DNA from: Octopus vulgaris
Lineage: Eukaryota
Direction of reading: 5' to 3'
Assembly: GCA_951406725.2 (NCBI GenBank)
Contig: OX597818.1
Coordinates: forward strand, 72,478,001-72,542,000
Length of the DNA stretch: 64,000 nt
Positions within the stretch are counted from its first letter, which is position 1. Each line of letters starts with the position of its first letter. The translations under genes were made by a program, and so were the position numbers. Under the pieces are notes generated by a model. The model did not search any database. It had not been told where the DNA came from and was given only the letters and a program-made list of their open reading frames with translations. Positions 39,790 to 52,683 of this stretch are shown here, in pieces.

Positions 39790-39791
<2 letters not shown>
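39336..39791 (-). mobile_element. tRNA-containing non-coding element with PLE-type structure (291-bp period partial tandem + inverted arm) in (TA)n
   Basis: Direct repeats ~39343-39445 and ~39637-39737; inverted arms 39567-39619 and 39739-39791; tRNA-like cloverleaf 39424-39498 on the minus strand. Confidence 0.7.
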
Positions 39792-39849
<58 letters not shown>

Positions 39850-40218
39850 GGCGGTGCCCCAGTATGGCCACAGCTTGTGAGCTGAAACTAGATAAAAATA
39901 AAAATAAAAATATATATACGTATGTATATATAAGATAGTTGAAAATATATGTTAGTTAAAAAAAATATCTGTCGCTGAATTTGGATGTCTTGCAAATCAT
40001 CCGCTTCCCCAAATCAAAGGAAACAAAACTCCAAATTTTTTCAGCTAACTCACATTTATATCACAGTTATAAATTGAATATAATTGAACCTGGAACACTG
40101 TGGCTGGGAAGCAAACATCTTACCATAAAATCGCATATAACTACTCTTAGAAAAAAACCCCTATATATATATATATATATGTATGTATGTGTGTATGTGT
40201 GTGTGTGTGTGTTTGTGT

Positions 40219-40500
40219 GGAGGCGCAATGGCCCAGTGGTTAGGGTAGCGGTTTCGATTCCCAGACCGGGTGTTGTGAGTGTTTATTGAGCGAAAACACC
40301 TAAAGCTCCACGAGGCTCCGGAAGCGGGGTGGCGATCCCTGCTGTCCATTTTCGCCATAACTTTCTCTCAGTCTTTCTTCTGTTGGCCTGCTCGCTTAGC
40401 CAGCGGGGTGGCGTCATTTGAAGGCTAAAAAACAAGCGCATTGTGACCAGCGATGTGTAGCAACATCTGATAGCCTGGTCAGTCACAGTGATCATGGTGA
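40219..40500 (+). mobile_element. tRNA-derived SINE (distinct family)
   Basis: ggaggcgcaatggcccagtggttaggg, ggtttcgattcccagaccggg. Confidence 0.75.
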
Positions 40501-40732
40501 TATATATATATACATAGACATACTCTTACATGCACTCATTCATTCATTCATTCATATATACATACGTACGTACGTGCATACATACATATACATACATATA
40601 TGCATACATTCATATGTACATACGTACGTACATGGATAAATACATATATACATACATGTATACATACACGGGAGGGATAATGGAACACGTTCTGTGCTCT
40701 TGCAATGTATCACACATGGAGGCACAGTCAAG

Positions 40733-40801
<69 letters not shown>

Positions 40802-40809
40802 GTATGTAT

Positions 40810-42645
40810 AATTATCTATATGTATGTAAGAATAATTACATGCGAAGGATAATTTTTAGCTCGTAGCTGTTTCTTATGTAACTTTTAATAGAAGGAAAAA
40901 ATAACGCATTATAAAAGACCGTAATCATCAGATGAGAAGTAATTTTAGAAAATAAAAGAATATCCAGGAATATGTCTGTCGAGGCCAGCTATGAACTGGA
41001 AAAATAAGCAACTATGTTGGTAGTTTAGTTTAAGAATGTAGAGTGTTTAAGAATTAAGAGTGTAATTTCATATCCATAAACCTCAAGGAACGCTTATACA
41101 ACCACTTTTCATCTTTTAAATTAAGACAGGGCTGGCAGAACATCTCTAGCTACAAAGATTTGAGAGCTCAAGTATGTGAAATTTGATTCAAGCTGGTACA
41201 TCAATAGGGTCGCTAAACCGTACTTAAATAGTAGATGTAGATGCAGACTTAGCTGTATGGAGTTATTTGAAATTTTAAGGAGATCTAATAGTGAAAATCT
41301 ACAAAATAATGAACTAGCCCTTCGTTTTTCCTGTATACATAAGGCTTCCCGCACGTCTAAATACTTTAATGACATTAAACAACCTCTATAATAGCCCCCA
41401 ATCTAGGTCCAGTCCAATTTTCTCCTTCTTTCGCTGATCCTTAGCCTGTCGATCTACCCATGCGTTTCTGAACCCTCCTAATCTCATTTTCCCTTTACCA
41501 ATATCTCCTCCATTCTTGCTATATTTAATCAGTATGCTATATTGAAGGAACTAACTATTCTATCTGTGATGTAGCCGGTATTATACAATAGCGATGAACG
41601 TGATAAATGACGTGTTAGCCGCGTGCACACTTTAGACGGTTCGTTTCCATTTCTACTACTTGAGTGGTCCTTACACTAACATACATTTTTCAGCAGCGCT
41701 TGCTATATAGTAGATAGAACAAGCTATTGAAACCTCGTTCCCACGACTATTATCTTGAGTTGCTTCCCTTCATTCACACTAAGTTGATAATACCATATCC
41801 AATCTCGATATCATAGACACCAGTTTAACATACCGTAGTTATTCATTAGATTATTCTCTATCGCTGGCCTTCCTGATTTCGATCTGCTATTTCCTATATC
41901 CCCCATACTAGGTGTATTTCATTATATAAAACCATCCTGTATTAATTTTTTAATTTTTTAATTTTAAAATTTTAATCTTTCAACTCCTTATTGATAGGTA
42001 GCACTCTACTTTGCTATAACTTTAATTCAATAAGTTTGATCTTATTATTTAATGGCCTCCGTACTATTCCATCCCCCACTTTCAACCAATATACACCGAG
42101 TGCTCCTAAGTTTCTGTTTCTCTATCCCCCTGCCCTGGTCATTTATCATTAACAAGAGGCTCCCATACCCCAACCGTTTACTTGATCGGCTCGTATGCCT
42201 TTATTTCTATTTCTATTATATTTTTCTTTTTCTTTCACCCTTACGTTTGATCTATTTATCTTCTCTTTTTCCTTTATCCTTTACTATGTTATGACCCCTC
42301 CTTCCTTACCACAAACCATAACTTACCATAATAAATTTTATCCTACAACCCAGTCCAGTCTACCCATGATCTAGTTTAGCAGACTCCTGCTCGCACGAAT
42401 CACTAAACATAAATATCAAATTACACACTTTAAAAAACCACATTCTTAACCTAAACTGCCAACATAGTTGCTCATTCTTCCTTTCATAGCTGACCTCGAC
42501 AGACATATCCTTGATGTATTCCTGGATATTCTTTTATTTTCTAAAATTATTTCTCATGTGATGATACGGTCTTTTATAATGCTGCAATGTTCTCATTCTT
42601 CTATTAAAAGTTACGTAAGAAAGAGTTGCAATGAGCTGACAATTG
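40810..42645 (-). mobile_element. Old truncated PLE-like insert with inverted pLTR arms
   Basis: Arms ~40850-40995 and 42483-42645; consensus of the two arms gives ctcat-CTGATGA-ttac..gtaa-GAAA-C-agct-G-TA-atgag; weak EN-like residues (IYYI..KMYVS, LDVREALCIQ) on the minus strand. Confidence 0.65.
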
Positions 42646-42801
42646 AGAGTCAAAGACTATTGAAAAGGTTGCAAGACTCAACGAAAATTTTAGGAAAATA
42701 TAAATAAGAAATAAGTGGAAATTTTACCGGTGAGTGTGTTAAATTATAAAGCACAAAAAGAAAATGACTCCCCGAGACACAATAGTATACATACATACAC
42801 A

Positions 42802-42876
<75 letters not shown>

Positions 42877-42884
42877 TATACATA

Positions 42885-44132
42885 TAGGTGTTGGACAAAA
42901 TGGACAATAATGGAAACACCTTATAATATTTTTTAATATAGGGTAGGACCGCCTTTGGCAGTAATTACAGCTTGAATTCTATGAGTTATTGACACGTACA
43001 AAGTTGGAATTATTTCCAAAGGAACTTTTGTCCCTTCTTCAGCTAAAACAGTCTCCAGTACTTGTAGTAATGATGGTGGTAGATATCGACTCCTTACTTG
43101 TTTTGCTGAAATGCACCATAAATGTTCAGTAATATTGATATCTGGGGGCTGTGGTGGCCAGATAAAATGTTCATCTTCACTAGAATGTTCCTTGTGCCAT
43201 CCAGTAACAACTTTAGCTGTGTGAATTGGTGCTTTATCATCCTGAAAGATTGCTTTTCCCTCTGGAAACAGTTCAGCAATCATGGGATGAATTTGATTAG
43301 ATAAAATGATTTGTCTTGACTATTATCTCTGCCATGACAGGAAACCATTGGGCCGGCAGATTTCCAAGATATAGCCCCCCAGATTATCACAGATCCTCCT
43401 CCATGGTTAACAGTTGGAAGAAGACAGCCTGGGTCAAATGTTTCTCTTGACTGTCTCCACATGTATACTCGGGCGGCGGTCGGAAATAGGGTAAAGATTG
43501 ACTCGTCCGAGAAAATAGCATTCTTCCACTGCTCTAGGGACCAATTCTATAGGTTATTACTCCTATAGAAAGTTTTTGAAAGTAGTGGTTTTCTGATTGC
43601 AGTCCTCCCGTGAAATCCGACTTCGTACAGCTCCCAGGGAACAGCTTTTGTGGAAACTGAGTTCTCGAGGTGATTATTAAGCTCTGCAGTAATTTCGGGA
43701 GCTGTACAGTTGTGATCCTTTCTAACAATTCGCATAAGAGTCCGACGGTCCCTATCTGAAAGTTTTGGCTTTCTCACGGAGTTTTGCCCCGATGAGGAGG
43801 TTTTTCCCCCTTTCTCAAAGGCCGCCATTATTTTTGAGACACCACTTCTTTATACACCAAACATTTCGGTTGTTTTCATTACGCTAGCGTCTGCTATACA
43901 AGCACCAACGATTTCACTCTTTGAAAGTCCGATATATCTGTCATTTTAACGATTTTTAATTACCTTTTTCTGATGATATCTGAAAAGAAACTGCAATTTT
44001 AGCAAAGCATTTTAAGCAACACTAATAATAAAACAAAACATAAAAAATAAACAAGCTTTTGGCGATTTTATAGATATTTCAAAATTATGATGCTATGATG
44101 CTAGGTGTTTCCCTTATTTTGTCCAATTCCTG
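42885..44132 (-). mobile_element. Full-length but frameshifted Tc1-like (DD34E) transposon, ~1.25 kb
   Basis: TIRs (c/t)aggtgttggacaaaat..ggaaacacct and aggtgtttcccttattttgtccaattcctg; TA flanks; FSDES, TVNHGGGSVIIWG, FQDDKAPIH, WPPQPPDINITEHLW. Confidence 0.93.
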
Positions 44133-44288
44133 TATATCTATCGATTTGTGTATTTGAAGTTATTTAATGGAGATTACTTACACTTGATAGAGCATGTGAC
44201 TTGTTTAAAACATGTGAAAACATGTTAGCCACATTCACCTCGGAGCTGTGTTCTATACGGTCATGTATGTATATATCTATCTATCCAT

Positions 44289-44429
<141 letters not shown>

Positions 44430-44479
44430 ATACTATGAGTGTGAAAATATGGTTGACTGATTAATATGGAAAACATCTT

Positions 44480-44533
<54 letters not shown>

Positions 44534-45397
44534 CGAGCGTGTGTGTGTGTGTGTTTGTGCGTATCGTGCACACGTGTAAATAGGCGCAGACTTGTGTGCG
44601 TTATGTGTACATGGCTGCAGGTCCTGATCCACTGCCCTCACCAGCTAAATCCTTGGTAGTCGGGTGCTGAAAGAAGACTGCATATTGTAAACAACTTGGA
44701 GATACAAGCGCTACCACTTGATAGGTCCGCATACCGAACAGGCTTACATGACCATGAGGAGAAAATACGTCTCGTTTCGGGGCCTTCCTTTCGACGGTAT
44801 TATCAACCAACAAATCCTGCGATCAGCCACGATGTGACCAACTCTCTAGTCCCCGATCTAATCACAACAACTTTCTAGAATTCCATCACATCTATCCATA
44901 TCTTCCACCAGGCATCCAGTTATGGAGGTTGAAAGAACCATTAATGGCATCTTTCTCACCAGTTGAAGAATGTCTATGAAGCGAGGGACATGCCCTTTCC
45001 TATAGATCCCACCAGTTAAAACAAATTTGTAGATTATGTCAAAACTGTATTTCTGATGCAGTCCGTTACAGCAGTTTCGTTTCGTCAATTAATTTCTTTC
45101 ATCGGCAATAATCCTATAATCAGCTTTTTTGAAATATGATTTTACATTTAACTACAGCCGAAGTAAATAAATAAGAACCGTACTGCAGCTAAACAGTCCA
45201 TTATTTTCTAGAATAACTGCTATACGAGACAAACTAATCTTATAAACTATTCCATACAAATAAACGAAACAAATTCAAAACATCCTTGATAAATCCTAAA
45301 GTTTATAATCAGTAATCTCAGTAATTGAATTTCTCTGCTGACTTCTTGTGGAACGACGACACAAAAATGAATTAAAAGAATGTTTATTTATATTATC

Positions 45398-45479
<82 letters not shown>

Positions 45480-46389
45480 ATTTGTAGGAATTTGATTTAG
45501 TAAATCTTATATTTACCTGTTGTTTATTTGTTATATAATCATAGTCTACAGAGGCTGAGCGAGGAATTTTAGGAAAATAATACAAAAAATATAAAAATCT
45601 GGTGATAATGAGCAGAAGTTAAAAAAAAGTAAATAAAAAGACGTGCACATACTCTATATCCACCTCTGTTAACAAAAAACGCATAGGTGTAAAAGGCTTT
45701 TTAAAATGTGTTTTGTACGTTTTATTTTACAGCTAATGCTGATCTAAATCAGCTTGAAATGCTGTTTTATTTTCCTCCTGTTATAAGTAAAGAAACTACC
45801 ATTCATTCATCAGCTTAATGTCATTCAGACAGATTATGGAAAGTACTTTTCACCAGGTGCGTTATCATTTTTCTAATCATGGCTGAAATTGTTAACAGCA
45901 CTAATATTGACACCAAAGCAACTACTCGATGTCCTACCAATCCCAGTATTTTTACTAAATCTGTGAGATATCTAAGAGGAAATAAAGATTATTGTATCTC
46001 CGTTTAATATTTGCGCTGATACCACATCTACCACTTCACGGGAAATAATCTCGGATTTATTAAAAACATTTTAATAAATTTCTTTTGCGGAATGACGAAT
46101 GGAGTAAGAGCTTTTGCAATTGCTACAAAATGGTAGAAAGAGCTTTTTTTTTTTACTGTATGAATATAATAATAATCTCCAGGCGTGACGTTTTCACTCA
46201 CAGCTTAATTACTCAATGTCACAAAGAAAAAGAAAAGGGTGTGATAAATATCATGCATTAAACTCTGGATCCTTGAATCGCTATTGTAACTTTCTGCAAA
46301 TCAAAAATAACATACGTACACACTCGCGCGCACATACACATACTCTTATATATGGGCAAAATAATTGATAGTAACAAGCAGCATTGATA

Positions 46390-46912
46390 CCAATGAGTGA
46401 TCTGGATCTCCAAATTAACGTGGAGGTTGAGCTAGAACACAAAAGGACATGTGTTGCATATAACACTCATAATGATATCGTTAACAGAAAAGAATCGTCT
46501 GCTACGGTCACCGGAACTGCCAGATCACGTGATTTCACCCTGCTATGGGTGTATATGCAATCGTAAAGCATTTAAAACACGGAAAATCGAACTCTCCATC
46601 TTCGGACGATCACTTCGTAAGCCGAACTTCACTTGTATTCTAATATCACCTCCACGTTAAGTTAGAGATCAATATTACTTTTTGGCATTAAATACTGCTT
46701 CTGTCGCTATTAATTACCTTTTAATAAACCCACTAGCTATTTTCGCCACTAATGTCCGAATAGTTACTGTGATTCTATATATATCTTTGACGGGAGATTC
46801 GGCTCTTATCAAGCTTTTGGACATCTGTCTCTGAGAAACACATAGCAAGATGAAATCACGTGACCTGGCAGCTCCGACAGCCGTAGCAGACAGTTCTTTT
46901 CTTTCACCAATA
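46390..46912. repeat. Two interleaved, diverged inverted-repeat pairs
   Basis: ~46395-46440 with ~46635-46680; ~46476-46548 with ~46841-46912. Confidence 0.65.
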
Positions 46913-47028
46913 TAATTACGAGGACTTTCCTGCACAAACATTACATTTGAGAGATCTTTTCAAGGTAGCTAACACAACAATCTATGTTCTGACACTGATT
47001 CCATTCAGGATGAAGATTATAGTGAAGT

Positions 47029-47110
<82 letters not shown>

Positions 47111-49444
47111 GATTAACTGTTCTTTACACAAGAAGGCCATCTCTTGTACTAGTAAATGCCGTCGTGAGATCTCCCATAACTAGCTTTAGTCCAGCGATTG
47201 ACAGACAGCCCGTACGGCAGATGTTGCAATCAGTTTCAGCTAAAAAAAAAAAAGAAATGTCTGCGATGGAAGTTAAGTCCCATTTAAGAAGTGGTTGTCT
47301 GAAGATGGAGTGTTCGATTTTCCCTGTGTTCAGATGTTTTATAACTGCACATACATACATACGTTCGAACGTACGGGCATGCGTGCATACATATATACAT
47401 ATATATATATTCGTGTATATATATATATATATATATATCGTTAAAATCAATATAAACCGCAAGTTGCTATGCTTCTCTAAGAGAATTATAATTGTTACTA
47501 AATGTGACTAGGATGTTAAGAAACATCTAGAAATGCGAGGTAAAATGCTCTAATACTATAGTTACCACATATGAATCAAAATATATACACAAATAGGGAG
47601 CAACCTGAATCGTCCAGAACATGCATACACACACAGACACACACGCACATACACACATATAAACACATACACACATACATATACAGGCATGACTGAATTT
47701 TTTCCGCGCGTGTGTCTGTGTATGTAAGCGTATCTTAAGGTTTATGTGCCTCTATGTGTGAATGTGCGTGTGTAAACAAGTCCCCGCCTAACTAGTTCTG
47801 TCATACTGATCACTGGTTTCAGTGACGATGACACGCTGTGAAAAAATGTTGGGTTCATGAAATCTAGTGTAGCAAATATAGTGTAGCATGAAATTGAGTA
47901 TAGCTTGATCTTGTAGCAATTCCCATGATCAAGTTTCGTAAGAGGCTTCACTAAACTACTAACTTCGTCACAGTTAATACATTTTGGTTTCAGCCTCTGT
48001 GACTACAGGTCTCTCTTTACGCTCGAAGGGCAAATTGCACAATACAGTCATGCATAGCCCTGTACAAATCTAGTTATTTTGACCGTAACCCAGCGGGATG
48101 CTGCTCACAACGGAGAAGAGTGGAAGATACATAAGTTCGGGTCATCAATATATTACTACCTCTTCGTACTAGTCGCCATCGCTCCTTGAACAGTCGAGAA
48201 CATCGCTCAGTAGATGGGCTGTTTCTCTCTTTCTTGGTGACAACACTTTTACTCTACTATTCATGAAGTGTAGGCGAGATAAATTATTGAATAGGAAATG
48301 TAAAAGTTGTTTATTTCAGGATTTTTGCTATCACTTCATTGCGCAACAGTTAGAAGGAAGTAGTAACTTATATTTTTAAAATTGATTTCAACCAAAAATA
48401 ACTAAGTTAAACACGAATATTTGCCAAATATATTGATTATTTTTGCACCGGAAAAGAATCATTTCTATAAGGAGCAAGAGAAATATATGTTGTTATGTTG
48501 TCATAAGATTTTAAAATCTGTATCTTTTCATATCAGATTGGACATCATTGCTGTGAACAGAGAAGGCCGTCACATATTAGAATTGTAGTTTGATCTTATA
48601 CGAAGATTAAACATTTTTATTATTTATTTGAAAGCTAAGTTGGATCAATATAAACGTCGTTTATATAAGATATATGGTTCAGTAAACTCAGAAGCAATCT
48701 GAAATCTGGATATAAATATGATATAATAGCATAAACTGTCGGAAAATTCAGGCAGTTTGGCATGTTATATAATTAAAGGGATCTCCCGTAAAACTTTATT
48801 GTCAAACAAATTTGAATATATTCCAATTTATATAATGGAGGTAGTCTTGGAGCTTATTATATATGAGCTTATTACATACAAAGCGCAAAATCATTCTTTA
48901 ACATGACTGTGACATCGACTGATTAGGTTTTAACTTGAAATGCATTGAAATATTAAAGAGAATACTTCAGCCACATACAAAAAAGTATGGATTAAGTAGC
49001 ATGTCTGGTTGATCAAGGTTTTATCTGAAATTTAAAATGGCAATACTAATCTCAATGCTTTTTGCTTCAAAAACCCATTGAAGCTTCTTAATGTTAATAT
49101 CAACACCAGGTAGTTTGATGTGGAAATGACACAAAAACATACTTAAGAATATGTAGAAAATTCCTGACAAGGATCGGGAACCATATATTATTCAATGTCA
49201 TGTCTGTTATTGCTACAGCTATTCGTTGTTGATAATACTGTAAGTACTTGTGAATTGTTAGTGGCATTAAAGAAAAAAAAGAAAGGCCTCTGTAGATATG
49301 ATGTTGAATGTATTTCTGTGACATTCAGGCAGAAAGAGCTGGAGAGTGGTCGGGAAGCAAATAATTCGAGAGGTAAGTAGAGATAAATATCCATGGATAA
49401 GAATAGATGTAGATAGAATAGAGACCGGCTTCTATATATATATA

Positions 49445-49808
49445 CTCTCTTTTAAACTTTTACTTGTTTCAGTCATTTGACAGTGGCCATGCTAGAGCAC
49501 CGCCTTTAGTCGAGCAAACGAACCCCAGAGCTTATTCTTTGTAAGCCTAGTACTTATTCTATCGGTCTCTTTAGCCGAACCGCTTTGTTACGGGACGTAA
49601 GCACACCAGCATCCGTTGTCAAGCGATGTTGAGAGGACAAACACATACATATACGACGGGCTTCTTCCAGTTTTCGTCTATGAAATCCACTCACAAGGCT
49701 TTGGTAGGCCCGAGGCTATAGAAGACACTTTCCCAATGTGCCACGCAGTGGGACTGAACCGGGACCGTGTGATTGGTAAGCAAGCTACTTACCACGCAGC
49801 CTCTCCTA
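49445..49808 (-). mobile_element. SINE (family of 17968-18370)
   Basis: Full-length reverse-complement homology. Confidence 0.85.
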
Positions 49809-49837
49809 CATATATATATATAAATACATACATTCTA

Positions 49838-50195
49838 TTATTCTTTTATTTGTCCCAGTCATTCTGACTTCGGCCATGCTGGAGCCCTGCCTTTAGTCGA
49901 AGGAATCGACCCCAGGACTTATTCTTTGTAAGCCTAGTATTTATTCTATCGGTCTCTTTTGCTGAACGGCTAAGTTACGGGGACATAAACACACCAACAT
50001 CGGTTGTCATGCGATGGTGTGGGGACAAACACAGATACATACATTATATATATATATATATACACACATATATATATATACGACAGGCTTCTTTCAGTTT
50101 TCGTCTACCAAATCCACTCACAAGGCTTTGATCAGCCCAAGGTGCCATGCAGCGGGACTGAACCCGGAACCATGTGGTTGGTAAGCAAGCTACTT
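49838..50195 (-). mobile_element. SINE, second copy adjacent to 49445-49808
   Basis: Reverse-complement homology; 5' end interrupted near 50195, with a matching head piece at ~50975-51010. Confidence 0.8.
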
Positions 50196-51029
50196 CATTT
50201 CATAAATTTGCCATACAGCCTTACAAAGATGTAGCTGCGGGCTGGACAATGGCACAAATGATAACGCAATGAAAAAATGAAAAGATGGTTCGTGGTGGAA
50301 GCAGACAACGCCCGCTGATTGCTGCTTTCCGAAAACATTGTTCTCTTTTTCTCAACAACACAAAATGAGGTATTCAACCTCTTACCAAAGTTCCAAGAAT
50401 GGACGCAATCGTCCTTAGAGGATGAGGCGCTGAATCTCTTACCAAAAAATAACAAATTCAAGTTTTAAATCGAGGCATTAAGGCCTCTTACCTTTCCTCC
50501 CCGACCAGGCAACTTGCCTCTCGCAGACAATCCTGCAGTTCTAAGTCGGGGCTCCAGAAAGCAAAACTGTATTGGTCCTTGGGAAAGGAATCCATCACCC
50601 TGAACATATCATTTTCCTTTATGACCTGCGCAGTTACCTGCGGAGGCCAATCCGGGTCTTCTGTCCGGCTCTCTAGCTTCTTCACAAAGCTTTGTACAGC
50701 CTTCCCTTATGAAAGAAGCTCACAAATTCATCCTCCATAATAATAGGAGGGGGCCACAGTTTCCTCCGTTGGTGGCACAAATCCCACCGACGAGGTTTTA
50801 GGACATGCCGGCAGCGTACTACAAATCGCCGGCAATGTCCCATTCTTTTGTTTTTTCTCCCTTGTGCTACGGAAGGGTGTAGTTCTTCCGCTTTATCCCT
50901 CCCGCAGCCTTGGGGTCCTTAGGTGGGCAACCATTGTTGCCCATCTTCCTTTTTTTCCTTTTTACGAGGTGCGCGTAAGCAAGCTACTTACCACACAGCA
51001 CTTCCTGCGCATACACATATATTAATTTC

Positions 51030-51600
51030 AAGGAAGTACCAAATTCTAATCTCCTTCAAAATAGGATCCTCTGACCTCAATGCACTTATAGCGCTCCCTG
51101 GCACTTCGAAGAGTCGGCATGGAAGTCCTTGAAAGTGAAGCTGTCCAGTACTAGGTCGCATTTTCTTTCATCTCAATGTCTTCAAAACAGATGTCCCTGA
51201 TATTATCCTTCAGCTTTGGGAATTAGCAAAAATGTCCCAGGAGGCAATGTCTGGACTGTAAAGGGTGAGAGACAGTTTTGATGTCCGTCTCTTTCAAGTA
51301 GTTTGTTACTAGGATAGAATTATGTGCTGGTGCATTGTCCTGGTAGAGGTCCCACCGACTCGAATATAGGAGCTGTGGCCTTTTGTGAAGAAAGTTCTTT
51401 CTCATATCCGTGGAAACTATCACAAAGTACTCTTTGTAGACCGTTTGGCCAGGGGAACACAATAGATGTAGATCTTCGATGAACTTGTTTTGGCTGACAC
51501 TCTTTGAACATTCTGTCACTTAGTCTTTGTATCATCTTTGGACTATAAAAGTAGATCCAGTTTTCATCGAAGGTAATGAGCTCAACCATCTGTCAACATG
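51030..51600 (-). mobile_element. Mariner transposase relic
   Basis: LITFDENWIYFYSP, WDLYQDNAPAHNSILVTNYL, HP(PYSPD)-like motif frameshifted. Confidence 0.8.
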
Positions 51601-52683
51601 TCAGTTGTGACAAGTAGTGATTTACAGGATGTCTTCAAAGCTCACTTACATCCGTCTCCTTAAATCCTGAATGAAAGGTTATATATAAAAATTATATGTG
51701 ATAAATGTATAAAAAAATTTTCTATTGGTTTGGTAATAGATACGGTTCAGAAAATATATAGACGAGTAGCGATCTCATCAATTTATGTCATATTCAAAAT
51801 CAAGTATAGATGAAAGTTTGAAAATTGACTGTTATAATATGTATCTTGTAAGACTTACGTATAAACCCTTATTCATGAACATATGGAAATAAATATTCAA
51901 ATTAATGTGTTTACACGCTGGCACTTGTATATCTATACATAGTTACTCAGATGTATTTATTTGAATCGCCGTATATATACATATAGCCATGTGTATGCAT
52001 ATATATATGTATATATATGTTTGTACTTACACAAATGTATGCATATATATTCGTACATATACACGTGCGTATATCAGCACAACTTATATAGTAATAATTA
52101 CATATATAGACTATGTTAAAGTTATATGTTTTTAATAAATAAATACTATTAGAAAAGATAGGTTGTTAGGGTTAGGTTTTGAGGGGTTTAATGTTTAGAA
52201 TTGCTCAGTTAATATGTTAGAAAATGAAAAAAATGGACGAGTGGTGGGAAGGAAACATAAAAGTATCATATAATGAAATAAAACAGAAACTAGTAGAATT
52301 TAAAGGAGCATGTATTAAGGGATATATTATAATGTAGTGTAATGTGCTTGTAATCATTAGTTATTAGCTATATAAATAGGTAAATTGGGGATACAGATGT
52401 GCCAAAATGTAAACTTGAATTTGAATTTCCATATATTGATGAATAACGACTTATAAGATACATATTATAACGGGCAGTTTTCAAACATTCATCTATGCTT
52501 GATTTTGAATATGAAACATATTGAAGAGATCGCTGCTCATCTATACCTTTCCTGAACTGTATCTGGTACCAAACCAATTGAAACAATTTATTAATTTGTA
52601 TGTATAACCGTTGAATAATAGTTTTATATCTAACCCATCCTTTATTTATTTTATTATATAAATTTCCCCCTTGCATTTCTTTT

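Noticed and set aside
43965-43995. CTGATGA...GAAA in the Tc1 5' region (also at ~530)
   Set aside because: No stems I-III and no NUH; chance match
44620-45060. GC-balanced stretch that could be a host exon (similarly 37460-38120, 50200-50960 and 33300-33600)
   Set aside because: No sustained ORF, recognisable domain or consistent splice signals; probably old repeat debris, and cannot be assigned by eye
52161-52180. Telomere-like ttagggttagg
   Set aside because: Fewer than two full units
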